A DNA stretch of 63,634 nucleotides from Eubacterium sp. CAG:841 (GCA_000437375.1 FR898229.1:45697-109330); one strand, 5' to 3'; counted from the first letter of the stretch, positions 9,206 to 17,545 are shown. Program-made: numbers and translations. The notes: generated from the letters alone by a model not told the origin.

Positions 9206-10118
9206 ACTGTCTCGCAGTTTTTTTGAAGAATACGGACGACAAATGATAGAGGACGAATTCAAAGACCAAAAGGACAGGATTGCCGCAGGACTTGTCGGTC
9301 ACGGCTCGGAATGCTTCGGCTTTGACGACGATATATCGCGCGATCACGATTTTTCGCCGTCTTTCTGCCTTTGGATAACGGATGAAGACGAACGGCGCTT
9401 CGGCTTTCATCTTTTCCGCGCATATGAAAAGCTTCCCAAAGAATACGGCGGGATATCGCCTTCAAAGAAAAGCTTTTTCGGCAGCGACGGCAAGGGCGTA
9501 TGCACAATAGAAACATTTTATAAAAATTATACGGGAAAGCCCGGAGCGCCGGAAACGCTTTACGATTGGCTCTACACTCCGTCGTTTTATCTTGCCGAAG
9601 CCACAAACGGCGAAGTCTTCTGCGATCCGCTCGGCAAATTTACGGAAATAAGAAACAAAATACTTTTCGGCATGCCCGAAGATATCCGACTGAAAAAGCT
9701 CGCCTCGTGCTGTTTTATCGCCGCTCAGGCAGGACAGTATAATTTTTCACGCTGTCTTGCTCACGGTGAAAAAGGTGCGGCGGCGCTTGCGCTTTCACGC
9801 TTCGCCGAAAAATATATCGAAGCCGCATTTCTCATAAACCGTCGCCATTGTCCTTACTATAAATGGGCTCTTCGCGCGATGAAATCGCTTGAAAAGCTCG
9901 GCGACTGCGCGGACACGCTTGACGCTTTGCTTTCGAACGGCATATCAGATGGCAAAGCTTCGGCTGAAACAGCAGAACGGCTTTGCGCCCGTATGATAAA
10001 AGAGCTTGTCTCGGAGGGACTTTGCCCGCCGTGCGGCGATTATCTTGAGCCTTACGCATATAAGCTGCGCGACAGAATATCGAGCGGCGAGCTTCGCAAT
10101 ATGCCCATAGTTATATGA
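9192..10118 (+). CDS. Nucleotidyltransferase-like protein (DUF4037-type)
   Basis: 'GLVGHGSECFGFDDDISRDHDF' resembles the GS...DxD pol-beta-type NTase signature. AAAGGAG RBS. The gene overlaps the TPR gene by 14 nt. Confidence 0.55.
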   Translation: MKGLELSRSFFEEYGRQMIEDEFKDQKDRIAAGLVGHGSECFGFDDDISRDHDFSPSFCLWITDEDERRFGFHLFRAYEKLPKEYGGISPSKKSFFGSDGKGVCTIETFYKNYTGKPGAPETLYDWLYTPSFYLAEATNGEVFCDPLGKFTEIRNKILFGMPEDIRLKKLASCCFIAAQAGQYNFSRCLAHGEKGAAALALSRFAEKYIEAAFLINRRHCPYYKWALRAMKSLEKLGDCADTLDALLSNGISDGKASAETAERLCARMIKELVSEGLCPPCGDYLEPYAYKLRDRISSGELRNMPIVI

Positions 10119-10120
10119 AT

Positions 10121-11080
10121 TCAATCCGGCAGGGAGAAATCCTCTGTCGGATTTTTCGCTTTATATTCGCCGTTCTCTCCTTTGCAGACATAACTGCGAT
10201 ATTTTGAAAGGAAATTCGTTATCGCATACATATCTATCCATATCTGATTTACGCCGTCTTTCTGGCACGGATCGAATATAAGCTGCATTCCTACATGCAG
10301 ATGCGGAACATTTATATTGTTTACATTCTTTTTTGTACTGTATCCCGTCATACCGAGATAACCTATTACCTGCCCCGCATATACGGTTTCACCTTCTTTT
10401 ATATCGCCGCAATACGGATGATCCTTACGCAGGTGAGCATAGTAATAATACCTAAGTCCGTCAAAGGAACGTATGCCTATTCTCCATCCTCCGTACATAT
10501 TCCAACCTACGGCTTCCACATAACCTGATTCCATCGCTATTATAGGCGTACCGACGCTGCCAAGCATATCGTGACCTAAATGCTGACGCCTGTATCCGTA
10601 TGAACGCGACACACCGAAATCGTCATAATCGCTGTAATAATATCCTCCGGCAATCGGTGAAAAAGCTTTTATGCCGTATTTTTTTATAAGACTGCCGTCC
10701 CCGCCGTGAACATAATATTCGCCGAGCCATCCGGAAAGCACCGCTCCATACGCCTGCCTGTAATAAGAATAATATTTTTCTTCGTCAAAAACGGAAGGAT
10801 CTGCCGAAAGTTTTGCAAATGCGTCCGAAAGATCGCTTTTTTTATACCGTGAAAAGTCGCCTCCGTATTTTGCCCCCAAATGAGCCAAAGCGTCTATCCA
10901 GCCGACGTGGCCGTCTTTTCCGTAACCGCCGATATCAAGCGCAGCCGCATCCGAAAGCGCCTGTGCCGTCACCTTGAAATCCACCCATTTTATATAGCTT
11001 TTATTCTCTGCCCCGACATAACTTGTAAACATACAAGCCGCGACTGTAAACATCACCGCCGCCTTAAACACTTTTCCCAC
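10121..11080 (-). CDS. M23-family metallopeptidase (peptidoglycan endopeptidase)
   Basis: 'HLGHDM', 'GYLGMTGYST' and 'PHLHVGMQ' are M23 zinc-site motifs. The GTG at 11080 follows a GGAGA RBS and yields a signal peptide. The ORF could extend to 11155 (TTG). Confidence 0.8.
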   Translation of the reverse strand: MGKVFKAAVMFTVAACMFTSYVGAENKSYIKWVDFKVTAQALSDAAALDIGGYGKDGHVGWIDALAHLGAKYGGDFSRYKKSDLSDAFAKLSADPSVFDEEKYYSYYRQAYGAVLSGWLGEYYVHGGDGSLIKKYGIKAFSPIAGGYYYSDYDDFGVSRSYGYRRQHLGHDMLGSVGTPIIAMESGYVEAVGWNMYGGWRIGIRSFDGLRYYYYAHLRKDHPYCGDIKEGETVYAGQVIGYLGMTGYSTKKNVNNINVPHLHVGMQLIFDPCQKDGVNQIWIDMYAITNFLSKYRSYVCKGENGEYKAKNPTEDFSLPD

Positions 11081-11209
11081 AATATTTTCTCCGTGCGATT
11101 TTTTATTTATTTTTCCTCTTAATTTGCCGCATATACGCACAATAAACACTTTCAAAAGGCATTTTTAAGCAAAGTTTTTTCACTTTGCCGACATTTTGAA
11201 AAAAATATA

Positions 11210-11238
11210 TTGACAAATTTGTTTTTGTGTGATAATAT
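11210..11238 (+). promoter_or_regulatory. Sigma-A type promoter for tRNA-Lys
   Basis: TTGACA, a 17-nt spacer, then TAATAT preceded by TGn. The tRNA 5' end lies about 20 nt downstream. Confidence 0.6.
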
Positions 11239-11257
11239 ACTTAGGCATGAAAAAATC

Positions 11258-11330
11258 GCCCCATTAGCTCAGAAGGTAGAGCACATGACTTTTAATCATG
11301 GTGTCCGGAGTTCGACTCTCCGATGGAGAC
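11258..11330 (+). tRNA. tRNA-Lys (anticodon UUU), 3' part supplied by the integrated element (attL)
   Basis: Hand-folded cloverleaf. D arm is GCTC/GAGC. Anticodon arm is CATGA-CTTTTAA-TCATG. T arm is CGGAG-TTCGACT-CTCCG. The acceptor GCCCCAT/ATGGAGA has 2 mismatches, and no CCA is encoded at this copy. Confidence 0.85.
11289..11328 (+). repeat. attL core: 40-bp direct repeat (tRNA-Lys positions 32-71)
   Basis: CTTTTAATCATGGTGTCCGGAGTTCGACTCTCCGATGGAG is identical to 19215-19254. Confidence 0.95.
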
Positions 11331-11355
11331 GGGCATTTTTACAGCGCAGAAAAAA

Positions 11356-12246
11356 TCATGGTGTCCGCTTTTTGCCTATCGAATTATCAAGCGGACTGTA
11401 TTCATCGAAGTTACGAAGGACATAAGCCGGCGCGAAATGAACGTAATGCTCAACCATCTGCAAAGATGTATGACCGAGTATGGTCTTCAGTGTGAGCATA
11501 TCGCCGGAATTGACGAGATAGCCGGTAGCAAACGTGTGCCGGAGCAGATGAGCGTGCAGACGTTCGATTCCGGTGATCTTCTTGAGCTTGCGGAACATAT
11601 TCTTGAGAGTATCGACAGTGACGGCGGATCCGTCAGCCTTGAGGAACACCTGCGGCAGATCTGACTGCGGTCTGATCTGCAGGTAAGCCTGCAGCCGTTC
11701 GGCTGCCAGAGCGCCGATAGGAACATAGCGCTGCTTGTTACCCTTGCCGGTTACGAGAGCATAGCCTTCGGCAAGGTGCAGGCAGCTTGTCCGGAGCGTT
11801 ATGACCTCTTCTCTGCGAAGTCCGCTTCCGAGCATAAGCGATAGCATGGCAGCGTTGCGCTTGCCTTCAAAGCTGTCGGGAAGCGCGGCAAACAGCTTTT
11901 CTATCTCTGCCGGAGTGAGAACGTCCTTTACGGTCGCTCTCGCTTTCGGCAGTCTGAGCTGCGTCGGAATACATTCCTTAACGCAGCCGTTATTATAAAG
12001 CCAATTCAGAAAGGCACGGAGTGCGCGGACATGATCCTGAACGGTCACGCTGTTCTTGCTTTCGTCCTCAGTCAGAGCGATGACATATTCACGACAGAGC
12101 CGAAGCGTTATCTTCCCGCACTCTATATTGCCGACAAAGGCTATAAAGCCGTCTATCGTCTGTCGGTAGTAGGTTATAGTGTGCGGCGAGGATCCTCGAC
12201 ACTTATGGTCAAGGATATAATCATCAAATGCGTTCTTTATCGTCAT
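11356..12246 (-). CDS. int: Tyrosine recombinase / phage integrase
   Basis: C-terminal catalytic motifs 'HLLRHTFAT' and 'LGHTSLQMVEHY' are present, plus an N-terminal SAM-like domain. The gene is adjacent to attL. Confidence 0.9.
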   Translation of the reverse strand: MTIKNAFDDYILDHKCRGSSPHTITYYRQTIDGFIAFVGNIECGKITLRLCREYVIALTEDESKNSVTVQDHVRALRAFLNWLYNNGCVKECIPTQLRLPKARATVKDVLTPAEIEKLFAALPDSFEGKRNAAMLSLMLGSGLRREEVITLRTSCLHLAEGYALVTGKGNKQRYVPIGALAAERLQAYLQIRPQSDLPQVFLKADGSAVTVDTLKNMFRKLKKITGIERLHAHLLRHTFATGYLVNSGDMLTLKTILGHTSLQMVEHYVHFAPAYVLRNFDEYSPLDNSIGKKRTP

Positions 12247-13106
12247 CTTCCAACCTCTGCGACTGCGTATCGCCGGAACATAAGATCCTGCTTAAGATCC
12301 GAAACATTGCCGGTGTACTCTGTCAGATCGAATACCTGCAGAGCTTCATCGAGCGAACGATATCGCTTGACGGCGAGATAGTCGTTTTCATAGTCCGGAA
12401 AAAATGCGTCTCTTATGCGTTCCTCGCGAATAATGAATTCGGCGCGCTTCAGACCTTTTGAGCAGTAATATAAATGCGCTCCAAGCTCTTTTATACTCTT
12501 TGCAAGATTTTTGCTTATGTATTTCATTACATAATTTGAAGCGGCTTCTTTGCTTCTTACAGGCTCGAGGATCGTATAGCCGAACTTGTCCGCAAACTGG
12601 ATCCAATTGAATACTTCTTGTCCCTCTCTGAGCTTATCGACTATATACTTCGGCAATTTATTCGGAAACTGAATTCTGAACGCTTCATATTCTCTCTCTG
12701 AAAGTCCTTTGATAAAGCCGTGCATGTGCCAGGCTCCGTCCTGATGTTGCTCCGGCACTAACATGTACTTGATCTGTAAGCCGTGATTATGATTGTAGTC
12801 CTTTATGAACCTTGCAAGATCCTTGCGGAATTTTTCAAGATTGTATCTGTCATACTTCTTTGGTGAAAGCGTGAGCGTTACGAAGAACTGCCAATCGTTA
12901 CACATTGCAAGCTCGAAGATCGTGCTTCTTGCCCTTGAAATGTTGTTTTCAAGCTTTTCGTCGTTTACGTTTTCCTCTTGTTTTTCCCTGTCCGGAAACT
13001 CAAAAACTTTGTCAGTTTTATACACAACGAGGCGGTAATATCCGTCCGTATATTTCTTGATTTCTGCGAAATTACTGTAAAAGTGCCGATTATCCTTGCG
13101 GTACAT
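12243..13106 (-). CDS. HUH-superfamily rolling-circle replication initiator (Rep)
   Basis: Motif I is 'FFVTLTL', motif II (HUH) is 'WHMHGFI' and motif III is 'NYVMKYISK' with the catalytic Tyr. The stop overlaps the int start (ATGA). Confidence 0.75.
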   Translation of the reverse strand: MYRKDNRHFYSNFAEIKKYTDGYYRLVVYKTDKVFEFPDREKQEENVNDEKLENNISRARSTIFELAMCNDWQFFVTLTLSPKKYDRYNLEKFRKDLARFIKDYNHNHGLQIKYMLVPEQHQDGAWHMHGFIKGLSEREYEAFRIQFPNKLPKYIVDKLREGQEVFNWIQFADKFGYTILEPVRSKEAASNYVMKYISKNLAKSIKELGAHLYYCSKGLKRAEFIIREERIRDAFFPDYENDYLAVKRYRSLDEALQVFDLTEYTGNVSDLKQDLMFRRYAVAEVGR

Positions 13107-13192
13107 AGGTTTTTGCCCCCTTGAAAGTGTTGAATAACGCGAAAAATGATACTAAGTCAAGTTTAGTCTTTATATATTATTAGATCTAATTT

Positions 13193-13291
13193 CGCGTGCG
13201 CACACGCGCACACGCACGCGAGGAGCTTTTATTGCAATTCTGTCGGCACTGCCGGGAGTGCCGGAGAGGGGGCTGCGCTCCCCCTCTCCGG
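13193..13291. promoter_or_regulatory. Candidate replication origin / packaging-signal region of the element
   Basis: There is a 28-nt perfectly alternating pyrimidine-purine tract (13193-13220). Two GC-rich hairpins follow: CGGCACT/AGTGCCG at 13244-13263 and a 12-bp stem CCGGAGAGGGGG/CCCCCTCTCCGG at 13261-13291. Confidence 0.4.
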
Positions 13292-14140
13292 ACTCTCCCA
13301 GGAAGCTTGCCCGAACATGTCCCGTTTGCACTCTTTGCGGACATCGAGAATGTATCTCGTCTTAAGCTTGTCCCACTTCCACCGGTCAGGTACGTCATGA
13401 GTGAAGCCAAGATCATATGCTTCGCTGTAAACCTTACTGTCGTAACGTTTTGTATATGGCATCCAAAAGAAGTAGGTGTTGAAGTCGTCCTTGCCTACGT
13501 CCTTTATGTTGACTATGTCGTTTGTGACGGAGATCTCTCTCCATTTCACCTTGCCAAAAGGCAGGAACAGACAGCGGTGAAGTCCGCGAAGCTCTATCAG
13601 AGCGTTGAAACGGCCTCTGATAGGCTTTGCTATGAAGTCTGAAGCCTGTTCGGTGAAATAGCAGTGTCCCGGTATCTCTGTGTCCATCCACTGCCTGTCA
13701 AAACGTATACTGACCTGCACGTTGTTTTTTACAGCAGGGATATCGAACTTATACTGATCACAGATCTGACCTACCTCGTCGATAAAGGTAATCGAATTTC
13801 TGTCTTTGAGCTTCTCGGCGAAAAGATGTTCCGTTGTCAGCACGTCTGACATTCTTTTGTTTCTGCGGTTGCCGAGCCTGATCGGTATGTTACTGTAAAC
13901 GTGCGGCTTGCTCTTTCTTTTGTCCTTTCGGAAAGGATGAAAGAAGCAGCTTCGGCGGTACACCGCATAGGCTTTCTTATACCATTTCACGACATGCATA
14001 ACTGCCATATAGGTCTTGCCGGATCCGAGTCCGCCGATAAAACAGGTGAGGTACTCCTGCGGTATCGGCTTGCTCAGGATGATCGAAACGACAAGCCAGA
14101 CTATGAACACGCCGGCGATTATTATCAATGCGGCTTTCAT
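13229..14140 (-). CDS. Zot/pI-like P-loop ATPase (filamentous-phage assembly protein)
   Basis: Walker A is 'GGLGSGKTY' and Walker B is 'ITFIDEVGQ'. The size and position downstream of the coat genes match inovirus gene I. It has an N-terminal TM helix. Confidence 0.65.
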   Translation of the reverse strand: MKAALIIIAGVFIVWLVVSIILSKPIPQEYLTCFIGGLGSGKTYMAVMHVVKWYKKAYAVYRRSCFFHPFRKDKRKSKPHVYSNIPIRLGNRRNKRMSDVLTTEHLFAEKLKDRNSITFIDEVGQICDQYKFDIPAVKNNVQVSIRFDRQWMDTEIPGHCYFTEQASDFIAKPIRGRFNALIELRGLHRCLFLPFGKVKWREISVTNDIVNIKDVGKDDFNTYFFWMPYTKRYDSKVYSEAYDLGFTHDVPDRWKWDKLKTRYILDVRKECKRDMFGQASWESPERGSAAPSPALPAVPTELQ

Positions 14141-14694
14141 CAGTAGCTGTACACCTCGCCTTCATAGATGTGGCGGATCTTCAAACGCTCGAAATAGTTG
14201 TGCAGAAACAACTTGTTTTCGTCAGATATACCGTAAGACTCGGCAGCGTCCTCAAGATTGTACATAAGGAACGACAGGTGCTGATAGCTCCAAGCAGAGT
14301 TCGGATCGTCCAAGAAGGCTTTGAAGCTCTTAAGGTTGAACTTTGTCCAAGTCTTCTTGAGGAAACTGTAATTTGCATTTATGTAGGCAAGCGAACTATC
14401 GTAAATCGCTTGGATCTTGGTAAGGTCATCTTCCGTTTGCTGTTCCGTTGAGAACGGCGAAAAAAGATTGTAAACGCTTGCAACGACTTTGTTTAACACA
14501 TTGGTAACATTGCCGCCGAACTTTATCACGCGGGCAAAGCTCATGCTGAGAAGCCCGGCATTTATATCACGGCATTCCGTAAGGTCAAGCTGCGGAGAAG
14601 TGGCATCGAACGTGTAATCATAGGAGGAAGCAAAGCCGAACAATACGGCAAGAATCACGCAACCTATAAGGAAAAAACAAAGCGCTTTATTCAT
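14140..14694 (-). CDS. Element-encoded membrane-anchored protein (pVI-position, unknown function)
   Basis: Start at the ATG at 14694 (MNKALCFFLIGCVILAVLFGF). One N-terminal TM segment. The stop overlaps the Zot start (TGATG). Confidence 0.55.
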   Translation of the reverse strand: MNKALCFFLIGCVILAVLFGFASSYDYTFDATSPQLDLTECRDINAGLLSMSFARVIKFGGNVTNVLNKVVASVYNLFSPFSTEQQTEDDLTKIQAIYDSSLAYINANYSFLKKTWTKFNLKSFKAFLDDPNSAWSYQHLSFLMYNLEDAAESYGISDENKLFLHNYFERLKIRHIYEGEVYSY

Positions 14695-14699
14695 AAAGA

Positions 14700-17024
14700 T
14701 CAACCGCCTTTCGAAACTTTCAGTATAATGATCACCGCACCGCCGATAGCTATAATGCCGATTATCGTAAGCAGCGTAACGCCGCCTACGGAAATGTTGG
14801 ATCCTACATAAAGCGCCGAGCCGGTGAACGCGCCGAGTATTTTTGTAACAAAATCGGCAACGCCGGAATCTGACGATTTATTTTTCTGATAATTTATGCC
14901 GGCTTGCTTGCCGGCTGTAAAACTTACGTCGTCATATGTATCGTTATCATTATCCACGACGTGGATCAGGCTGCAGGCTCCGGATCCGTTGCCTGCGGTA
15001 TAGCCGGCTGAATATGCCGAATCGTCATAGCCGTCGTTATTCTTATCCACGACGTGCGTGTCAAGGCAGACATCTATCTGTATTGTGTTACTGTATTTAT
15101 CGCCACTGTCGGTCGTTTCTACAAGTCTGAACTGTACCCACTTGCTGTTATGGGCTTTCTCGTAATTCCAATCATAACTGTCTATTTCCCAAAAGCCGTC
15201 CGTATAATCAGTAGAATTTGGAAGAGGCGTCCAACCGTCGTCTGTCAGATAGTCCTGATACGTCATATACTCTATATACACGGAGTTGCTGTCTTTTATT
15301 TTTCTCCAAGAAAGCTGTCCTTGCGAGTACGAAAGCAACGGCGATGCTGTGGAAGCTGTTGCAGCTCCACTGTTATACCCTGCTGTATAACTTGAGTCGT
15401 CATAGCCGTCGTTATTTGTGTCCGTAACGTGTGTTTTGTCACAAGCTCCGGCGGCAAGCGCAGCCTGATATTCAGCTTCGGTGTAATAGCGTATTGTCGG
15501 CATTGTATAGCCTGTCAATACTTGTTTGCTTTTAGAGCATATTATATCGTCGCAAGAATATATAAAATCCCCCCATGTATCAGGAGCATAAGGCGAAATT
15601 ACAGAAAGCGTACCGTTGCCATCGGTTGTATCATACAGACACAAAAAACTCTGTGATCCGGATGAAGTCGAACCGGATGAATCGGTCGTATACGAAAAGC
15701 AAACGCGAACAGTGACAAAAAACTTTTCGGGAGTATAAAAAGACCAACCAGTAACTGTATCAATGCTTGAACCAACCGGCGTAGTATTATCATAATTCTT
15801 TTTATCTGTTATATTAAAGAACGGCGCCAAGTCGGTAATCCTATTCGGTTGAATATCTTCAACAGGCGAAGTGTGCGAAAGCGAATAAACATCATAAACG
15901 CCGACACCGTTATTCTCATCAACATAAAACCGCCCGTAGCTTTTTGCAGAAGTGGATTTTACACTAAAATACGGAAAAGCGTTTTGCGTTATTTGTTGCA
16001 GTCCACTTGACTTCTCTATTTTGCAATAATCGAAATATGTAGCATCGCTATTTACCAAGAGCAGATGATAATAAGTATCATCGATAAAAATGCGAGAAGT
16101 TTTATAGATATAATAATCGTCAAAGTATTCATAACAAGGCAGATTAGAAACTTTGGTATATGAATTCAAATAGATTGTGGAAGTAGTGGACGAAGTGTTG
16201 GAAGAAAACGCATTGATAATAGCCGACATAGGCACCGAATAAGTATAAAGAGAGCTGGTTTTATGATAAGAAGTTGAATAACCATACTTTGAAGAGCTGT
16301 AATCAACTCCGTAAAAATACAAGCAAGAGTTATAATAAACAACGTCATTTACACCGAAATAGTATGATTTACCGGAAGTATGCTTCACATATATAATGTC
16401 ACGAGCCAAAGTAGTATCACCGACATGATAACGACCTATATAAAGAGTATCTTCGTCATAATCAAAATCCATTGAGACAAAGTAATAATAATCACCGTAT
16501 TTGAAAGAATAGTTTAAGTCGTTATACCAAGCGCCAGGGAAAAAGCTTGAAGTTCTTGTATATAAATTCAAGTTGGAAAGATTTTCGGGAGTTTCGGCAA
16601 GAGTAAGACGACCGCCAAGCACATATGAAGAAGACATCGAAGTAAAATAATATTTTGTTGTGGATGAAGAAGGGTATGAAGAACCAGCAGAATTAACTTG
16701 TGTAATCCCTATTGTGTGTTCTCCTGTGGTAAGCTTGTCGCAATACGCAAGTGTTCCTACGTATTCGGAAACAGGACCGACAATATCAACTTTGAAATTG
16801 TTTCCGACAATCTCGCCGTCAACTGTAAAATACAAACCAATACAAGAGCTATCCCAAGCCGTAACCTTTGCGGTAAGCTGTCCGTTTTGAGGAATAAATT
16901 CATATGAAACAGCCGTAGAAATAGGCTCTGATACCGCCGAAACCGTCAGACTGCCGGCTACGGTCAGAGCGAGGACAAGCACGGCGGTGATAAGCGCCGC
17001 AACCCTTTTATTTTTCTTTGACAT
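14700..17024 (-). CDS. Large secreted, C-terminally anchored protein (pIII-like adsorption/minor coat candidate)
   Basis: The ATG at 17024 sits 8 nt after GGAGG. It has a signal peptide 'VAALITAVLVLALTVAGSLTVSA' and a C-terminal TM 'VTLLTIIGIIAIGGAVIIIL' followed by KVSKGG. Three 'HV.D.NNDGYDD' repeats are present. Confidence 0.65.
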   Translation of the reverse strand: MSKKNKRVAALITAVLVLALTVAGSLTVSAVSEPISTAVSYEFIPQNGQLTAKVTAWDSSCIGLYFTVDGEIVGNNFKVDIVGPVSEYVGTLAYCDKLTTGEHTIGITQVNSAGSSYPSSSTTKYYFTSMSSSYVLGGRLTLAETPENLSNLNLYTRTSSFFPGAWYNDLNYSFKYGDYYYFVSMDFDYDEDTLYIGRYHVGDTTLARDIIYVKHTSGKSYYFGVNDVVYYNSCLYFYGVDYSSSKYGYSTSYHKTSSLYTYSVPMSAIINAFSSNTSSTTSTIYLNSYTKVSNLPCYEYFDDYYIYKTSRIFIDDTYYHLLLVNSDATYFDYCKIEKSSGLQQITQNAFPYFSVKSTSAKSYGRFYVDENNGVGVYDVYSLSHTSPVEDIQPNRITDLAPFFNITDKKNYDNTTPVGSSIDTVTGWSFYTPEKFFVTVRVCFSYTTDSSGSTSSGSQSFLCLYDTTDGNGTLSVISPYAPDTWGDFIYSCDDIICSKSKQVLTGYTMPTIRYYTEAEYQAALAAGACDKTHVTDTNNDGYDDSSYTAGYNSGAATASTASPLLSYSQGQLSWRKIKDSNSVYIEYMTYQDYLTDDGWTPLPNSTDYTDGFWEIDSYDWNYEKAHNSKWVQFRLVETTDSGDKYSNTIQIDVCLDTHVVDKNNDGYDDSAYSAGYTAGNGSGACSLIHVVDNDNDTYDDVSFTAGKQAGINYQKNKSSDSGVADFVTKILGAFTGSALYVGSNISVGGVTLLTIIGIIAIGGAVIIILKVSKGG

Positions 17025-17184
17025 GCAAAACACCTCCAAGCATTGATATAAGGAGCAGGATTATCGCAAGCGACATCCCATAGGTAAGAAGCTCCACTAC
17101 ATTTATACGCGCCATTACCTTTACGGCTGACGTCGCAATGTGCAGCGGAAGATCTACAAACAAAATTTTAAGCACGTTCATCAT
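17008..17184 (-). CDS. Small hydrophobic protein (minor coat candidate)
   Basis: 58 aa counted from the ATG at 17184, which overlaps the upstream stop (ATGA). It has one clear TM segment, 'GMSLAIILLLISMLGGV'. Confidence 0.45.
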   Translation of the reverse strand: MMNVLKILFVDLPLHIATSAVKVMARINVVELLTYGMSLAIILLLISMLGGVLHVKEK

Positions 17185-17486
17185 CGCCTTTTTGTCACCA
17201 CCCATACCACAAGGAATATAGGCAGGAACACCACAAGCGATGTTGTTGCCATTGTAAACAGCACGATAAGACTTGAATTGTCCCTGATAACGTCTGCCGG
17301 GAAGATATACGCCCAGCAGTCATAGATTATGCTGTATATATTGCTCGTCAGATCTGTCTCTGTCTCCGTCGCTTCGGCTGCCGTTTCTATCGGTTCGGAC
17401 ACATCCGTTCCACCGTCTGCGGCATATGCCGGAACACACATCAGAGCGAGGATCAGAACTGCGACAAGCGCCGTTTTTATTTTCAT
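17181..17486 (-). CDS. Coat-like protein: signal peptide, acidic N-terminus, TM, basic C-terminus (major coat candidate)
   Basis: Signal peptide 'MKIKTALVAVLILALMCVPAYA|ADGG'. The mature N-terminus is acidic and the C-terminus is 'VVFLPIFLVVWVVTKRR'. AGGAGG RBS. Confidence 0.6.
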   Translation of the reverse strand: MKIKTALVAVLILALMCVPAYAADGGTDVSEPIETAAEATETETDLTSNIYSIIYDCWAYIFPADVIRDNSSLIVLFTMATTSLVVFLPIFLVVWVVTKRR

Positions 17487-17506
17487 AATTACCTCCTGTT
17501 AGAACA

Positions 17507-17528
17507 AAAGCCCCGTTTCCGGGGCTTT
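17507..17528 (-). terminator. Intra-operon rho-independent terminator after the 183-aa coat-like gene
   Basis: On the minus strand: AAAGCCCCGGAAACGGGGCTTTTGTTCT. Confidence 0.65.
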
Positions 17529-17545
17529 ATTTGTTTTGATTTTTA

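Noticed and set aside
11323-11664. 113-aa plus-strand ORF starting in the tRNA 3' end and running antisense to the integrase.
   Set aside because: It is antisense to a well-supported integrase gene, and its start lies within the tRNA/att core. It is most likely spurious.
13196-13642. 148-aa plus-strand ORF across the element's intergenic region and the 3' end of the Zot-like gene.
   Set aside because: It starts inside the alternating CG/CA tract and is antisense to the ATPase gene. It has no RBS and an Arg/Cys-rich translation.
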